This document shows positions 21,103-32,833 of a stretch of 64,000 nucleotides of DNA, one piece after another. This DNA comes from Chloropicon primus. Taxonomy: Eukaryota. Every line of letters starts with the position of its first letter. Position 1 is the stretch's first letter. The stretch lies in the NCBI GenBank assembly GCA_023205875.1, contig CP060767.1, forward strand, positions 372,001 to 436,000, given 5' to 3'. The position numbers and the translations under genes are program-made. A model generated the notes under the pieces. The model ran no database searches. It had not been told where the DNA came from and was given only the letters and a program-made list of their open reading frames with translations.

Positions 21103-21442
21103 CTTCAACCACCTTTAGCCTTGGTCACCTGGACTCAATGAGCCAGATGCCTCGATCAATGGATGACAACGACGGTCAAAAGAGTCGATGGATGGCTCTT
21201 TCGAAAGCCAGAGAGGCAAGGCTTCGTCCTGTGAATTTGTTTTCGATTCGCTTTCCTTTTGTTCTCCTTCAACCTGCAAGCTCTTCCTTCCCCCAGAACC
21301 AGAACCTCCTGGCCCAAGGAGCCCAGAGGAGTAAATAATTATTGAGCAAGATTGAGCAGAGGAAGAAGAGGAGGAGGAGGCTGATGATGATGAGTTTGTT
21401 TGTAACGGTAACGGTTTGCTTCTTCGTGGTTTTAAGTTCTTC

Positions 21443-22588
21443 TCAAGTCATCTTGTACGACTTCCCCGTGAACGCTTGGAACTTTGGTGACTCTGGCTTC
21501 TTTTCCTCCTCCTTTTGCTTCTTTTGGCTTGCCTGTTGCTGCCTTAACGAGAGCGGGGGAGGCTTGGGAAGGTCCGGGTTCGCCGATTTGCCGCTACTGT
21601 CCCGTCCTGTAAATAGAAAAGGGGGGGAGGAAGGAAAGGAGATGTCGCGAGAGAGTCAGGTTACTGCTTGATGATGGGGAAAGCGAACGGATCCTGGCGC
21701 GGGAACGAGTGTGTACGTACCAAAAACAAGCTTTCCCGCTGCCCTCTTGCCCAGAGACCCCGGCTTACCCAACGAGGAGCCGCCGCCGCCCTTGGTTCCG
21801 GAAGATCCGGCCGTGGATGAAGACGCCCCTTGCTTCTGCTGCGGAATCGGGATCGACACGCTGGTCTGTGGCTTGCCGTCCAGCCTTCTGGCCGTGCCAG
21901 CAAAGGCGACGAAACTCGGGACCTCCTCCTCCTCTTTCGCCTCCTCGTCCTTCTTCTGCCCGCTCGCCTGGCCCAATTCAGGACCCGCAGGTCCTCCCGT
22001 CTTGGCCGGAACCCTCTTGGGCTCCACATAATCAAGAGGAGGCGCGAAATCCACCTCGCAGTCGGTCTCGATGATCGTCACGGCGTCCCCCGGCTGCGTC
22101 TCCACAATATCAATGAAGTACCTCTTGTTGTTGTAGTTCACGAGGATCGCATCGCCCTTGGTCAAGCACGAGTAGTTCCTCAGCGTCATCTCAAGAACCG
22201 CTTTGGGGTTTGAAATGTCCAGAAAGTCGCTGGTGTGCGGACGGAGCTTCACATAAGTTCCCTTCGAGAGCGAGATGCTCTTGAACTTTATGAGGTCTCC
22301 CTCGGACAGCAAAAGGTTCTGCATCATCCAGTACGGAATGTAGGCGTGTCCCTCATCCGCAACGAACTCCAGGACCCCACAATGCGACATCTTTTGCTCT
22401 TTTGGGTTGGAGACCTGAAACAGCATAGGGTAGTCTATCCTCAGAGAAGCTAACCTGTCCAGAGCAGAAGGCGGTAGGATCACTTTATCGCCATTTTCCA
22501 GCTGAGTCTTGTCGATGAACGACACGGGATACACTCGGTAGCTCGCCTCGAATCTCGATCCTCCGCCTCCACCTCCCACGCGCCACAT
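21443..22588 (-). CDS. UFD1: Ubiquitin fusion degradation protein 1 (intron 21607-21720)
   Basis: GDKVILPPSALDRL, YPMLF, HCGVLEFVA, FLDISNPKAVLE, VDFAPPLDYVEP. The spliced last exon ends in SHP-box-like FQAFTGKSYKMT*. An extra 5' exon is possible. Confidence 0.95.
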
Positions 22589-23255
22589 CCCTTCAATCAA
22601 TCAAACACAAACACACTTCGATCGATCGAACACACTCGATCACACTCGATCCCCAAAACTTTTTTTCTTTGCTGTTGCTCGGCGCTCTCCACTCCAGTGA
22701 CCCCCAAAGTGAACGAAAGGGACCGAGGGAGGTCACCCGTTTCGAGCGTTACGCTTTCCTCCCTCCTCGCTCCTCTCTCGATGCAAGCAAGAGATCGCAC
22801 ACAGAGAGACAGAGAGACAGAGAGAGATCCACTGATCACTGACTCCGTTGTTGTTGTTGTTGTTGTTGTTGTTGATGATGGCGATGATGATTCTGTTGTG
22901 GTTCGCGATTCGGTTCGTGTGGACAAGGGGAATCGAACCCGACACCTCTCGCCTGGTTGTCCCTCCCCTCGAAACGCAAAGACGACCGACGACCGACGAC
23001 GACCTTCTCGCTCCGTTCTGTTTCTGTGAGCCACAGAAAAACTAGAATCCATCTCGAGGAGGAGAAGGTGAGTGAGTGAAAGGAGTGGGCGACATGTCGA
23101 CAGGGAGGGGACGGAGTTGAAGAGGAAGAGTGAAAAAATGGGAAGCGTCTTTTGTTCCTCTTTCGAATGAGCCCTCGCTCGAAAAAAACAATGGTGTGTG
23201 GACCATGCCACGAACTGATGAGGTCATCTTTCTCTTGGTCTCTCGTAGGTCATCC

Positions 23256-23753
23256 ATGTTTCATTGCGGCCAAGTCGTAACGGTTGGGCGGGCGTTTAGC
23301 GTCCCGGGAGGGGTGAGAAGGAGACATGGATCGTGCATCTCTTGGGTGACACCCGCAAGGTCGAGGAATTCGAGCGGAAGGCCTTCTCCTTCGGCATCAA
23401 GCCCGGAGAGTGTCGAACTCGGTGCAGGGCCGAGACGGAGCAGAGGGTTCAGAATGGGAGCAATGGGGCCTCCTGGGGACGATGGGAAGCCTACGGAGCC
23501 AGAGGGTGACCTTGGAATCCTCCCTAACACCGGGCGTTACTTTCTGTACTTCATAAGCGTGCTCACTGGGACTGCATACGTTATGTTCAGACCGGTGTTC
23601 AGGTTCATGAAGAACTCGCCCCTCAAGGTTCTCCTCGTCGTGGGACTCGCCGTCCTGTCCTACGAGTTCGTGAGCTTTGTGGTCCAAGCCATGCTGGGTC
23701 TGAACGACGACCCGTTCGGCGGGCCGGTGAGGGGAGGGAACGGAGGTTTCTGA
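23256..23753 (+). CDS. Plastid DUF751-like small membrane protein
   Basis: Transit-like N-terminus, then NTGRYFLYFISVLTG...RP...MKNSP...FVSFVVQAMLGL, matching my recollection of the cyanobacterial/plant DUF751 pattern. Confidence 0.7.
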   Translation: MFHCGQVVTVGRAFSVPGGVRRRHGSCISWVTPARSRNSSGRPSPSASSPESVELGAGPRRSRGFRMGAMGPPGDDGKPTEPEGDLGILPNTGRYFLYFISVLTGTAYVMFRPVFRFMKNSPLKVLLVVGLAVLSYEFVSFVVQAMLGLNDDPFGGPVRGGNGGF

Positions 23754-23895
23754 AGGAGCAAACAAGGTCCGAAGTCAAGAAGAAGATAATTACAAACACA
23801 AATTATATCTGGTCTGGGAGAGACAATACTTGTGGTGGGTTATGTTACAAAGAATATATTTCGCGTCCTCGGCCACTGGGACGATCTCCTCGACC

Positions 23896-26800
23896 CTAAA
23901 GCCTGTTGTCTTTCGCCCAAGTGCAAACTTCTTGCTCGTTCCTTTCCATCCAGGCCTTGTTCGTTCGGATGCTTTCCTCCATCTTTTGGAACACCTTTGC
24001 CGGGATCCACTTGTCGTACTTCCTGTAAAAGCTCTCGAGCTCCTGCAGGCTCTTGTCGTCCGCAAAGCCGCTGCAGACCCTGCTGACGAGCTTGGCAAGC
24101 CTCGAGCTGCTCACGTCGAGGGAACCATTCACTTTCTCGTACAGGGCGTCAAAGTTTTCCTGCAGGTACTTCCAGGCCAACTGCCTTCCCAGCAGGCTCG
24201 AGCCAGCGATTCTGGCCACGAAAGACCTCACGTCCATGCTCGCCACGTCGTCGGTCATGACCAAGTCCAGGCTCTTGGCAATGAGCTCCTCCGTAGTCAC
24301 CGTTCCGAGGGCCAACAGGAGCTTTTCCTTTTCGTCGGCGTCCAGGGCCACCCTGTACCTGTCCAGGACTTGGTTGTAGCCCGCCAAGCCACTTCTGGCG
24401 GCCGCCTTGTACACGCTGTACCTCAAGTTGGGGTTTACATTCGTCGAGCTCGAGAAACCTTGGAGGGCCAGGGACTGCACTTGGCTGTTGCCGAACTCCA
24501 CGCCAAGGGAGAAGAGCAACCCGACGAGGAGCCTGTTCTGGAAGGAGCCCTCGATCTCCATGGAATTGGTCCGGGTCAGCGAAGGCACAAAGTTGTACCT
24601 CGTGATGGCCCCCGTGACCGCCTTGGATACCAGATCCTTGAAGTCAGAGTGGCAGGAGCTCCCTTCAAGCTTCCCTTCCACCCCTTTGAAAGCGTAGCTG
24701 ATGTCGTACCACGCTTGGTAGTCGGAAACCGTGCCTGCCGACGGAGCTCTCTTGCTCGCGGCGTAGGCCAAGTCCAGCAAAGTGGAGACACCGAGCTCCT
24801 TGGCCTCCACCAGGGCATAGGCATCATCGAGGAGGGCGGAAACGTCCACGCTAGAGAGGTTCCCTTGCTCGGCACTCTTCGCAAGCCTTCCCCACATCTC
24901 GGCGGGGTAGTTGACCCTGTAGAAGCCAGACTGATTTGGATTGAACATGACAAACTCATCCGAGGACTCGAGAGCCAACTCCTTGAGCTCACCCCCATCG
25001 CAGTCGCCCAGAACCCCATACTCGGGACCGTCGTCTGAGCTCGAGGTGATGTAGGAGAAGGGAAGCCACCAGTTGGACTCCATGTCCCTGCAAGTGCCAA
25101 GCCCAGTCTTGTGAAAGGGAGCCTGCGACATCTGCAGGACGCCATTGCTCGCGCCCGAGGGCGGAACCTTCCAAGACAGCTGGAGAACCGGGTAGTTCGG
25201 CCTCGAAATCCAGCTCTGCATGTCGCTCACAATATTCTGAAACTTGGAGGTTTTGGGGTTGTCGCCCATGGCTTTCCAGAACTGCGCGGACTTTGCGTTC
25301 TCGTACCTGTACTCCTTGAGGTAGGACCTCACTCCCTCGATGAAGGGGTCGGCTTCAAGGAGGTTCTCACTGAAGATGCTCTTGCCGCCAGACATGTGAG
25401 CCCTCAGCATCCTGATCACGGACGCTCCCTTGTCATAGGTAATCCCATCAAACAGGCCATCAATCTCGATGCTGCTCAAAGTCTCCTCGTAAGGCACGTG
25501 CAGAGGGTGGGAGCTCGGGTACGAGTCGGCGTAAAGAGCCGACTGCAGCGTGAGAATGGGGAAAAGAGTGTCCGCCGCGTACTCTGGCTTGGCCACCGTC
25601 ACCCCGATGTACTGAACATACTCCGCGAAGCCCTCGTTGAGAAAGAGGTCGTTCCACCAGTTCATGGTCACGAGATTGCCGAACCACATGTGAGCGAGCT
25701 CGTGAGCCACCGTCGTGGTCGCCCAAAGCACGTCAAAATCGCTTGCGTCCTTCGGATTCACCAGGAGGCTCGATTCCCTGTACGTGATGAGTCCCCAGTT
25801 TTCCATCGCGCCAGCCTCGAAGCTCGGGATCGCCACCAGGTCAAGCTTCTTGAGCGGGAAGGGGATGTCGAAGAGCTTCTCGTACACTGGAAGAATCTTC
25901 ACGCAACTGTCCAGGGCGTCGCCCAAGTCGTCCCCGTGCTCCGGGGTCCCCCACACGTTCACCGTGACCCTTCCCCCTTCAACCAGCTTGGTCTGCTTCA
26001 CCAAGTCTCCGATGACGAAGGCGACGAGGTAGGTGCTCATCTTGGGCGTCGTCTCAAACTTGTACGTGTCGATCACGTCGTCGCCCGAGTACGCCCTGGA
26101 GTAACCCCCAGTCCTCTGGGGGGTGTTGAAGAGCACCTGGAAGTTGTCGGGGCGCCTCGAGCCCTCGACGTCAGACCTCGGCCTCTTGACGTTAAACGTA
26201 AAGTCGAAAGTGGCCTTCATGTTTGGCTCGTCGAAGCATGGGAACGCCCTCCTTGCATCGGCTGCTTCCATCTGCGTGCTCGCCAGCGTATGCGTCTGGT
26301 TGCTCGAGTCCTTGTAGCTGCTCCTGTAAAACCCCCTCATGCTCTCCGCCAGTGGATACGAGAAGTCCATCGCCAAGTGATGCACCCTCTTCGGGTCCAC
26401 GGGCTCGTCCAGCAGAAGCTTCATCTGCTCCAACTCCTCGTTGTACCTGCTCTGGGGTCGCACCACCGTCCCGTCCACCATAACCAGCGACGCTTGAGAC
26501 ACCTTCACGTTCGCCCCCGCATGAATCGAAAGACACCTCGTCTCCTTCCTCGGACTCGCATTCTCCTCATCGGAGGAGGCAAAGTACGCAGAAACGCTTC
26601 CAGCAACTTGCATGTCATCCGGCTTGTCATCATTCCAGTCCACGTCCAGCCTCACGTCGTAGTGCATCGGAGTGAAGTCCCTCGGCAGAACGTAGGTGTC
26701 CGTGCCGCAGCCGCCCAAGCCGCCCCCTCCGCCATTCGACGACCCGGATCCATCACCGCTCTTGTTCCCAGAGAACATGAAGCTGGCGATGACAGCGAGG

Positions 26801-27147
26801 AGGAGGAAAAATGCGAGTGCAGGCAAGATGGCACTGAGTTGCCTCCTCCTGTTTTTGGGAAGCTTGTACCACCACATGGGCGCGAGGGATGCGAAGTCTG
26901 GACAATCCACTCCGCAGCACTGCCTCTTCCTGATTCTGGCATACTGGTCCCAATCCAGCAGACCCAAGTCCTCGTCCTGGTCTTCGAGAATGTACTGGTC
27001 GTCGTCGTCCGCGAGGGCTTCGTTCTCGAACACGGAGACGAACTCTCCCCCCTCGGAATACGTCCTCGCCCTCCCCTGTCCGTTACCGGTAACAGCATCT
27101 TTCGCCATGGAGTTCATCTCCACGTCTCCTCCTTCCGGAGCTGACAT
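23896..27147 (-). CDS. M1 family zinc aminopeptidase, type II membrane (aminopeptidase N/ERAP-like)
   Basis: N-terminal TM; ARRAFPCFDEP, GAMENWG, HELAH-x18-E (NEGFA), YDKGASVIRML; ERAP1_C-like helical tail. Confidence 0.95.
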   Translation of the reverse strand: MSAPEGGDVEMNSMAKDAVTGNGQGRARTYSEGGEFVSVFENEALADDDDQYILEDQDEDLGLLDWDQYARIRKRQCCGVDCPDFASLAPMWWYKLPKNRRRQLSAILPALAFFLLLAVIASFMFSGNKSGDGSGSSNGGGGGLGGCGTDTYVLPRDFTPMHYDVRLDVDWNDDKPDDMQVAGSVSAYFASSDEENASPRKETRCLSIHAGANVKVSQASLVMVDGTVVRPQSRYNEELEQMKLLLDEPVDPKRVHHLAMDFSYPLAESMRGFYRSSYKDSSNQTHTLASTQMEAADARRAFPCFDEPNMKATFDFTFNVKRPRSDVEGSRRPDNFQVLFNTPQRTGGYSRAYSGDDVIDTYKFETTPKMSTYLVAFVIGDLVKQTKLVEGGRVTVNVWGTPEHGDDLGDALDSCVKILPVYEKLFDIPFPLKKLDLVAIPSFEAGAMENWGLITYRESSLLVNPKDASDFDVLWATTTVAHELAHMWFGNLVTMNWWNDLFLNEGFAEYVQYIGVTVAKPEYAADTLFPILTLQSALYADSYPSSHPLHVPYEETLSSIEIDGLFDGITYDKGASVIRMLRAHMSGGKSIFSENLLEADPFIEGVRSYLKEYRYENAKSAQFWKAMGDNPKTSKFQNIVSDMQSWISRPNYPVLQLSWKVPPSGASNGVLQMSQAPFHKTGLGTCRDMESNWWLPFSYITSSSDDGPEYGVLGDCDGGELKELALESSDEFVMFNPNQSGFYRVNYPAEMWGRLAKSAEQGNLSSVDVSALLDDAYALVEAKELGVSTLLDLAYAASKRAPSAGTVSDYQAWYDISYAFKGVEGKLEGSSCHSDFKDLVSKAVTGAITRYNFVPSLTRTNSMEIEGSFQNRLLVGLLFSLGVEFGNSQVQSLALQGFSSSTNVNPNLRYSVYKAAARSGLAGYNQVLDRYRVALDADEKEKLLLALGTVTTEELIAKSLDLVMTDDVASMDVRSFVARIAGSSLLGRQLAWKYLQENFDALYEKVNGSLDVSSSRLAKLVSRVCSGFADDKSLQELESFYRKYDKWIPAKVFQKMEESIRTNKAWMERNEQEVCTWAKDNRL

Positions 27148-27276
27148 CTCTCTCCCTCTGTCTCTGCTCTCTCACTCACTCACTCTCTCCCTCTCCCTCT
27201 TCCTCTTCTCCTCCTCGTCGTCAGCTCCCCTCGTAGTCTCCGTGAACCCTCTCGCTCTCTTCACCACATGAAGTTA

Positions 27277-27625
27277 GGAACAGAAGGAGAGGGGAGAGGA
27301 GGAGGAGAGAGGGAAGGGAAGGATGAGGATGAACATCACAATGTGATGTGACCCGGGGCTTGGCTTGGGCCTGATGATCGATGACGTCTCTCCTCCTTTT
27401 GTCCTTCCTTTGTCTCATTCTCTTCTGTTTTTTGATGAACTGAAAGGAAAGGAGAGACTCTCAGACAGAGCTGATGATGATGATGCCTTTGACGAGACCG
27501 AGACGAGAACAGGGAGGAGAGGAGAGAGGGAAGGGATCACAACATCACAATGTGATGTGATCCGGGGCTTGGCTTGGGCCTGATGATCGATGACTTCTCT
27601 CCTCTTTTTGTCCTTCCTTTGTCTC
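27277..27625. repeat. Two direct copies (~27277-27416 and ~27505-27625) of a unit containing the palindrome ACATCAC-aat-GTGATGT
   Basis: Core 27332-27416 versus 27541-27625 is nearly identical; purine-rich left arm and pyrimidine-rich right arm. Confidence 0.85.
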
Positions 27626-27765
27626 CTCCTCCTCGCGCTCGCCCGTTATGATGGTTCAGCGGAAGGGAGAAATCCACCAGAAGAGAAAAGAACAGAGAGA
27701 AAGGAGGAGGAATCAGAAGAGGAAGCGAAGGCCGATGACAGGTTGGTAACACATCATTGTCTTGG

Positions 27766-28260
27766 TTAAGAATTGGCCTTGATCCAATCGATGACGTGCT
27801 AGTCGTTATAAGACTTCGCCACTCTCACGCAATCCTCTGGGTCCCAAGGGCAAGGCGGGTCCTGGCTTCGAGCCCACTTCAGAATTTCGAGGTGACCTCC
27901 CCGAGCTGCACAATAACAAGTCCTCTCGTCCCAATCACAAGGCGGATTCTGGCTCCGGGCCCACTGCAGAACATCAAGGTGACCTCCTTCAGCTGCACAA
28001 GAACAAGTCTCTTCATTAAACTTGCACCCCTCGCTCTTCAGCCATTCCAATATCTCAATATGACCTCCGGCAGCAGCGCCTACAACTGCTACCACTTCAT
28101 TATTATCGCTTCCAGAATACTTGCCCTTGATCTTCAAAGGTATCCCTTGGCTCACCAACCACTCCATCGCCTTCTTGCTGCCCTGGAAAGCAGCGAGGTA
28201 CATCAGGTCAGAGTCGTACAAGTGACCGCTGTACTCTGCACTTCTCCAGTACTCAGATCC
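27766..28260 (-). pseudogene. 5'-truncated ankyrin-repeat gene fragment (C.W/GGHL-type repeats)
   Basis: Repeats AAAGGHIEILEWL, TCSCAAEGGHLDVLQWARSQNPPCDW, TCYCAARGGHLEILKWARSQDPPCPW. The frame is closed upstream by TGA near 28261. TAG at 27799-27801 is followed in frame by HVIDWIKANS* ending at 27766. Confidence 0.7.
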
Positions 28261-28532
28261 TCACCACAGCGCCGTTCCTTTCGAGCGACGGCTCTTTCGA
28301 AAGAGCAAGAGAACACCCTTCCGCTTGTTCTGTCCACTCTCTCTCCCTTTCCTCTCCTCGCGCGCTCCCCTCCTCGTTGTTCACCTTCACCTTCGTTCCC
28401 CTCCTCGTGTGCCTAATCATGAATGTAACGCCTCTTTGGGGTTGGGGTTTCAGTTTCATGAGACTGAGACGAGGAAGAAGGAGAAGGAGAAGGAGGTCGA
28501 CGCCGGAGTGTTCCTACACCGCGATGGTTTTC

Positions 28533-28582
28533 GCTTGACGCTACGCTTGAGGGGCTTGACGCTACGCTTGAGGGGCTTGACG
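28533..28582 (+). repeat. 21-bp tandem repeat carrying five GCTTGA motifs upstream of a gene
   Basis: GCTTGA at 28533, 28545, 28554, 28566 and 28575. Confidence 0.85.
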
Positions 28583-28674
28583 TTTCGTGGCCGCTGCATA
28601 TTCACTGCTCGACTGACGACGACGACGTAACGGAAAAGCAGAAAACGAACGGAGAGAGAGAGACAGAGAGAGAG

Positions 28675-29459
28675 ATGAGAGACATCGACGCGTTGACGGT
28701 GGCGGCCGCGAAGGCACTGAATGAGCAACAGCAGGTAAGGGTTCTCGTCTTTCGTTTTCTCCTTTCTTTTCTAACGGCATGACCTCTCTCTCTTCTCTCC
28801 CTCTCTCTCTTGTGCGTGCCATTCAGGCCGCGGCAGCGCAGGGCACGACGGGAAGCTCTCCGCCGACAGTGGCGAGGGCGAGACCGGCGCACGTGGCACC
28901 CGCCAAGCCAGCCGCCGACGTCCAGATGCCAGTGCGGCACAGCTGGGAGCTGGACTGGCTGAGCACGGAGCTCGTCAAGGCGAGGCAAGAAGTACGCAGG
29001 CTCAAGGTGGAGAACGAGCAGCTGAAGGCGAGCCTCGGCCAGTCCTCTCACCACTTTTCCCCCGTGACTCAGCCCCTGAACCCAGCGCATCAAGCCCTGG
29101 AGACCATCCTCAAGTCGCAGGCGCAGCACACGACTCTTCTGCAACTGCTGCAGCTCCAGCAGGCGCTCGGGAACCCGGGCATGCAGCAGGCGCAAACCTT
29201 TCCCCAACCCCAGGCCATTGCCAGCCTGATTCCAACGAGCATCGCTGAGCTCGGCATTCTTCAGCAAGGGAAGAAGGCTGCGTCAGACAACCTGCCGACC
29301 TTTTCCGCGCCCCCGCAGGTTCCGGACGCCAACCCAAACTTGGAGGCGTTGAAGAAATTCTGCGACCAAGCGTCGGCGAGTCCCGGCAGGATGGATAAGT
29401 CACAGGTGGACAGCCTGCTTCAGATGGCTTTGAATCAGGCGGGGAAGAAGAGCCCGTGA
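28675..29459 (+). CDS. Gln-rich short coiled-coil protein, unknown function (intron 28735-28826)
   Basis: 60-nt first exon MRDIDALTVAAAKALNEQQQ, GTAAGG donor and TTCAG acceptor in frame with the 28779 ORF; LSTELVKARQEVRRLKVENEQLKASL coiled coil. Confidence 0.7.
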
Positions 29460-29651
29460 TGAGCGCGCACGGACTGCTGCCCACGAGAGGAAGAAAAAAT
29501 ATCGGGTTTCAACAGGGTCACATTATATCATCTCCCCACCAAGTTCGTTGCTTCATACTTTGTAATCTAGAAAGTCAAGAAAGCGTGTGGAGCCAGCTTT
29601 TGCCTGCGTTGAGCGAGTTTCCTGCTCCCCTCTCCTCTTTCTGCCTCCTGC

Positions 29652-30362
29652 CTACGAGCCCATCACGGTGACCACCACGCTCCTCGACGAGGCGTGGTCC
29701 CTGTGCTCGCAGAGCCATATCCCTTGCCAAGTCCCGAGGTTCAGCTTGCCATTGGTCACGGGCACGTTGAGGGACACGCCGAACATCGAGGACTTGACGT
29801 GTCCCTATTCAGGCGAGCCCGGTGTCCAACAACGCCACGCAACGACCGACGGCGAAGGCGAAGGCAAAGGCGAGCAAGCGACGGTTTGACAGAGAGAGAG
29901 AGAGAGAGTCTTGCTGATCAGTAATGAAAAATCCAAGAGATCCATGGACAGAAGGGGACGACGATGATTGGTGCTCCCTCCTTTGGAAACGAACGTACCG
30001 GCATGTCGTCAGGACCTTCGTCTGTGTGTGTCCACGGCACGTTCGTACGCCCTTCAGGCACAGTCCTGTTCAGAAAAGTCTCCATGTCCACCCTCACGTC
30101 TGAGAGAAGCAGAGAGATGAAGAGCACGGAAAGTCAGGAAGACTTGCTTGGGTGGGGATTGCGATGGAGACCACCAAGACGTACCTGGGCAGCAATTCTC
30201 GTTTATGGTCAATGAGGCAGAGGTGTGCTGCAAGAAGATGTTGCACATGCCAACCTGGACGCCATTCAAGAGCGACCCTGCTCCTTCCATGATCTCCGAT
30301 GAGACCAAGTGGCATCCACGACGCTTGGCACTCAACCTAATGCTCTTCTGCCCGCACTTCAT
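29652..30362 (-). CDS. YjbQ/UPF0047 family protein (exons 30362-30185, 30099-29999, 29804-29652)
   Basis: The spliced product contains [44 protein letters not shown] and [13 protein letters not shown], the UPF0047 signature. Confidence 0.92.
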
Positions 30363-30450
30363 CACGAAACTCTCGCTCCTCTGATGATGAAGATGATGAA
30401 GTTGATTGAAGTTGATTGAAGTTGTTGATGACGGCGGTGAGAGAAAGAAG

Positions 30451-30481
<31 letters not shown>

Positions 30482-30674
30482 GTTTGTTTTCAGTGGATGC
30501 CCAAGTCCTCCAAAAGCATCTTGCCTCGAGGAGAGCCAAGGTTGGCTTTGGCAACCACAACTCCGTCCGCTCACCTCACCCTCTGAGTGTAACTTTTGGT
30601 ACACCTGTTTTGGGGGGGGGGAAAAGAAGCCCAGCCGTTACCTTGAGTGTAACGGCTTTCTGTTGGCCTCTGCC

Positions 30675-32833
30675 ATGGCGACGACGATGGAGTCCGTGGT
30701 GTACAGGTGGCCCCCGTCGACGGCGAGGAGCGTGCTTTCGACGGTGGGCCTTGCAAGGAAGATCTCCAGTGTTCCCGTGGAGAGGTTTGCGGTGTTGCGT
30801 GGGTCTGTTTTGGCGTACTATCATCACGAAGAGTCTTACAGAGAGGAGAAGCCACCGGCGAGAGTAAGTGTTCCATGCATGGTCATATGTCTCATGAGGA
30901 CGCCCCCGTCCCCCCCCCCCGTGTGTCGCTTCCTCCGCTTGCTGACTCTCCTCCTCCTCCTCGTCTGTCTGTCTGTTTGACTTGTTAGACTTGGGAGCTC
31001 GTGCCGCACACGAAAGTCAGCGAGGTGTTCCCTTACAATTATGGGAAGGGCGGGTGGAACCCACTGGGGGAGCGGACGCACAGCATGTGCTGGTGCTTCA
31101 CCTTGTCGTGGCCGAAAAAGCAGTCGGACAACCACCACTCCCTGCAGATTGGGTTCGACTCCGAGGAGGATGCGGAGAGGTGGCACGACAAGATCGAGAG
31201 CGTCGTGTCCCGCCTGATCGATGAGGCTGGCCTGAACACCTCGATGCTCAAGAAGGTGAACCGGGAGTACACTCCGCAAGGGACGCCGACGCGGGAGAGT
31301 GCCGCGGAGGAGGACGGCGACGAGGAGGTCGGGACATGGTACGCCGTGAAGCACATTAACGGCGTGCGCGTGTTCATGGAAAGCGAGGAGGACGCGCTGA
31401 GGGCCAAGGAGGAGAGCGCGAGGATGATCTCTTGCGTAATGCGGGGGGATCCCCAGACCGTGTTCGAGAGCGTCTGGAATTTCGAGAGCTACTCCCACAT
31501 GAAATCCAACGCTTCCTTTCTCAAGGTCGTGAAGCAGGTCGATGAGCACAGGCGCGTCATCCACGTCCAGTTCCCTTACAGGGGGTCCGGTCTCTTGAGG
31601 CGCATGATGCCAACGCGTGTCGTGCTTGTGGAGGCGACCTGGAGGCAGGACTGCGATGGCACGTTCGTCATCCTCTTTTCGAACCACCACCAAGTCAACC
31701 AGTATGCCAAGACCACGGGCGGCCTCGTCCCCGCGAGGATGAACGCGGCCGTTACCATCGCGCCCCTCAAACCCAATTTCAGGCTGAAGAACAACTACTC
31801 CCACGAGTGTCTGATGACGGTGGTGATGAGGTTCGAGCCCGGCGGCTGGTTCGAGACGGGAAGCATCCCAAGAATCATCATCAACGCCGACTCGTTCTTC
31901 TTGCAGAGCATGGTGGATTGGTTCATCTCCATCAGGGAGAGGACGGAGCAGGAGAGGTTCGTGTCCAAGCCCCTCAACATAGCGGTCACCTCTGTCGCCG
32001 CCGACAGCGCTGGTTACAAGGTCGAGCAGATCGTGAAGAGGGTGACGAGCACCGCGATCAACACTCTGCTCACCAGCCAGAGGCAGAAGAAGGAGGAGCC
32101 GAGCAAGGTCACGTACGAGCCGAGCGCCTCGGGGGGCCTCAACAGCCGCCTCGATCACAAGTTCTGGTCCTCCGCCGGGGCTGATGGCCTCAAGGTCAGG
32201 GGAAAGAACTACCTCCAGGACAGGGTGAAGATCCCTGCCGCAGATCCTCTGTTTGACCTTCACAGGGTCGACCTCTTTGAGTTTCCATCGCCGACAGAGC
32301 ACGTCGCGCCTTGCATGGATTACATCAAGGACAATCCAGACCAGTTCTTTTACGTCGTGCAGCTGATGGTGCCCGGTCCCCCGCACTACTCGGTCGTCGC
32401 TGCATTCACGCCCAAGGACAAGCAAGAGTGCTTGCATTCAGATACTCCCTTCAGCAGACTTTTTCGCAAGTTCATCGACGGCACGGATGAGGACAGGAAC
32501 GACGTTTACAAACTGATTCCTCACATCGTGGAGGGTTCTTGGATCGTCCAGAAGGCCGTCGGAAACACACCAGCCATTCTCGGAAAGAAAATCCGGATCG
32601 CTTACCACAGAGGCGAGAATTACGTAGAGCTCGATCACGACATCGCTTCCTCGGCCATGGCCGCGAACATCGTCAGGCTCGTGGCCGGCGCAACAAAAAC
32701 AGTTTGCGTCGACATGTGCTTCCTCAACGAGGGGCACTCCGAGGAGGAGCTTCCAGAGCAATTGATTGGCATCCTCAGGCTGAACAGGCTCAACCTTGCC
32801 GCCGCCCAGCGCGTTCACATGAAGTTGGAGTAG
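30675..32833 (+). CDS. EDR2-like PH-START-DUF1336 protein (intron 30864-30988)
   Basis: PH-like N-terminus (RFAVLRGSVLAYY, FDSEEDAERWHDKI), START region, and EDR2_C motifs KVRGKNYLQDRVK, KLIPHIVEGSWIVQKAVG, NYVELDHDIASS, EEELPEQLIG. Confidence 0.88.

Noticed and set aside
27332..27377. Box C/D snoRNA pair (GTGATG...CTGA with terminal stem)
   Set aside because: Only ~45 nt, imperfect C box, and no recognisable rRNA guide.
28533..28582. CRISPR-like array
   Set aside because: Tandem repeats without unique spacers, eukaryotic context, no cas genes.
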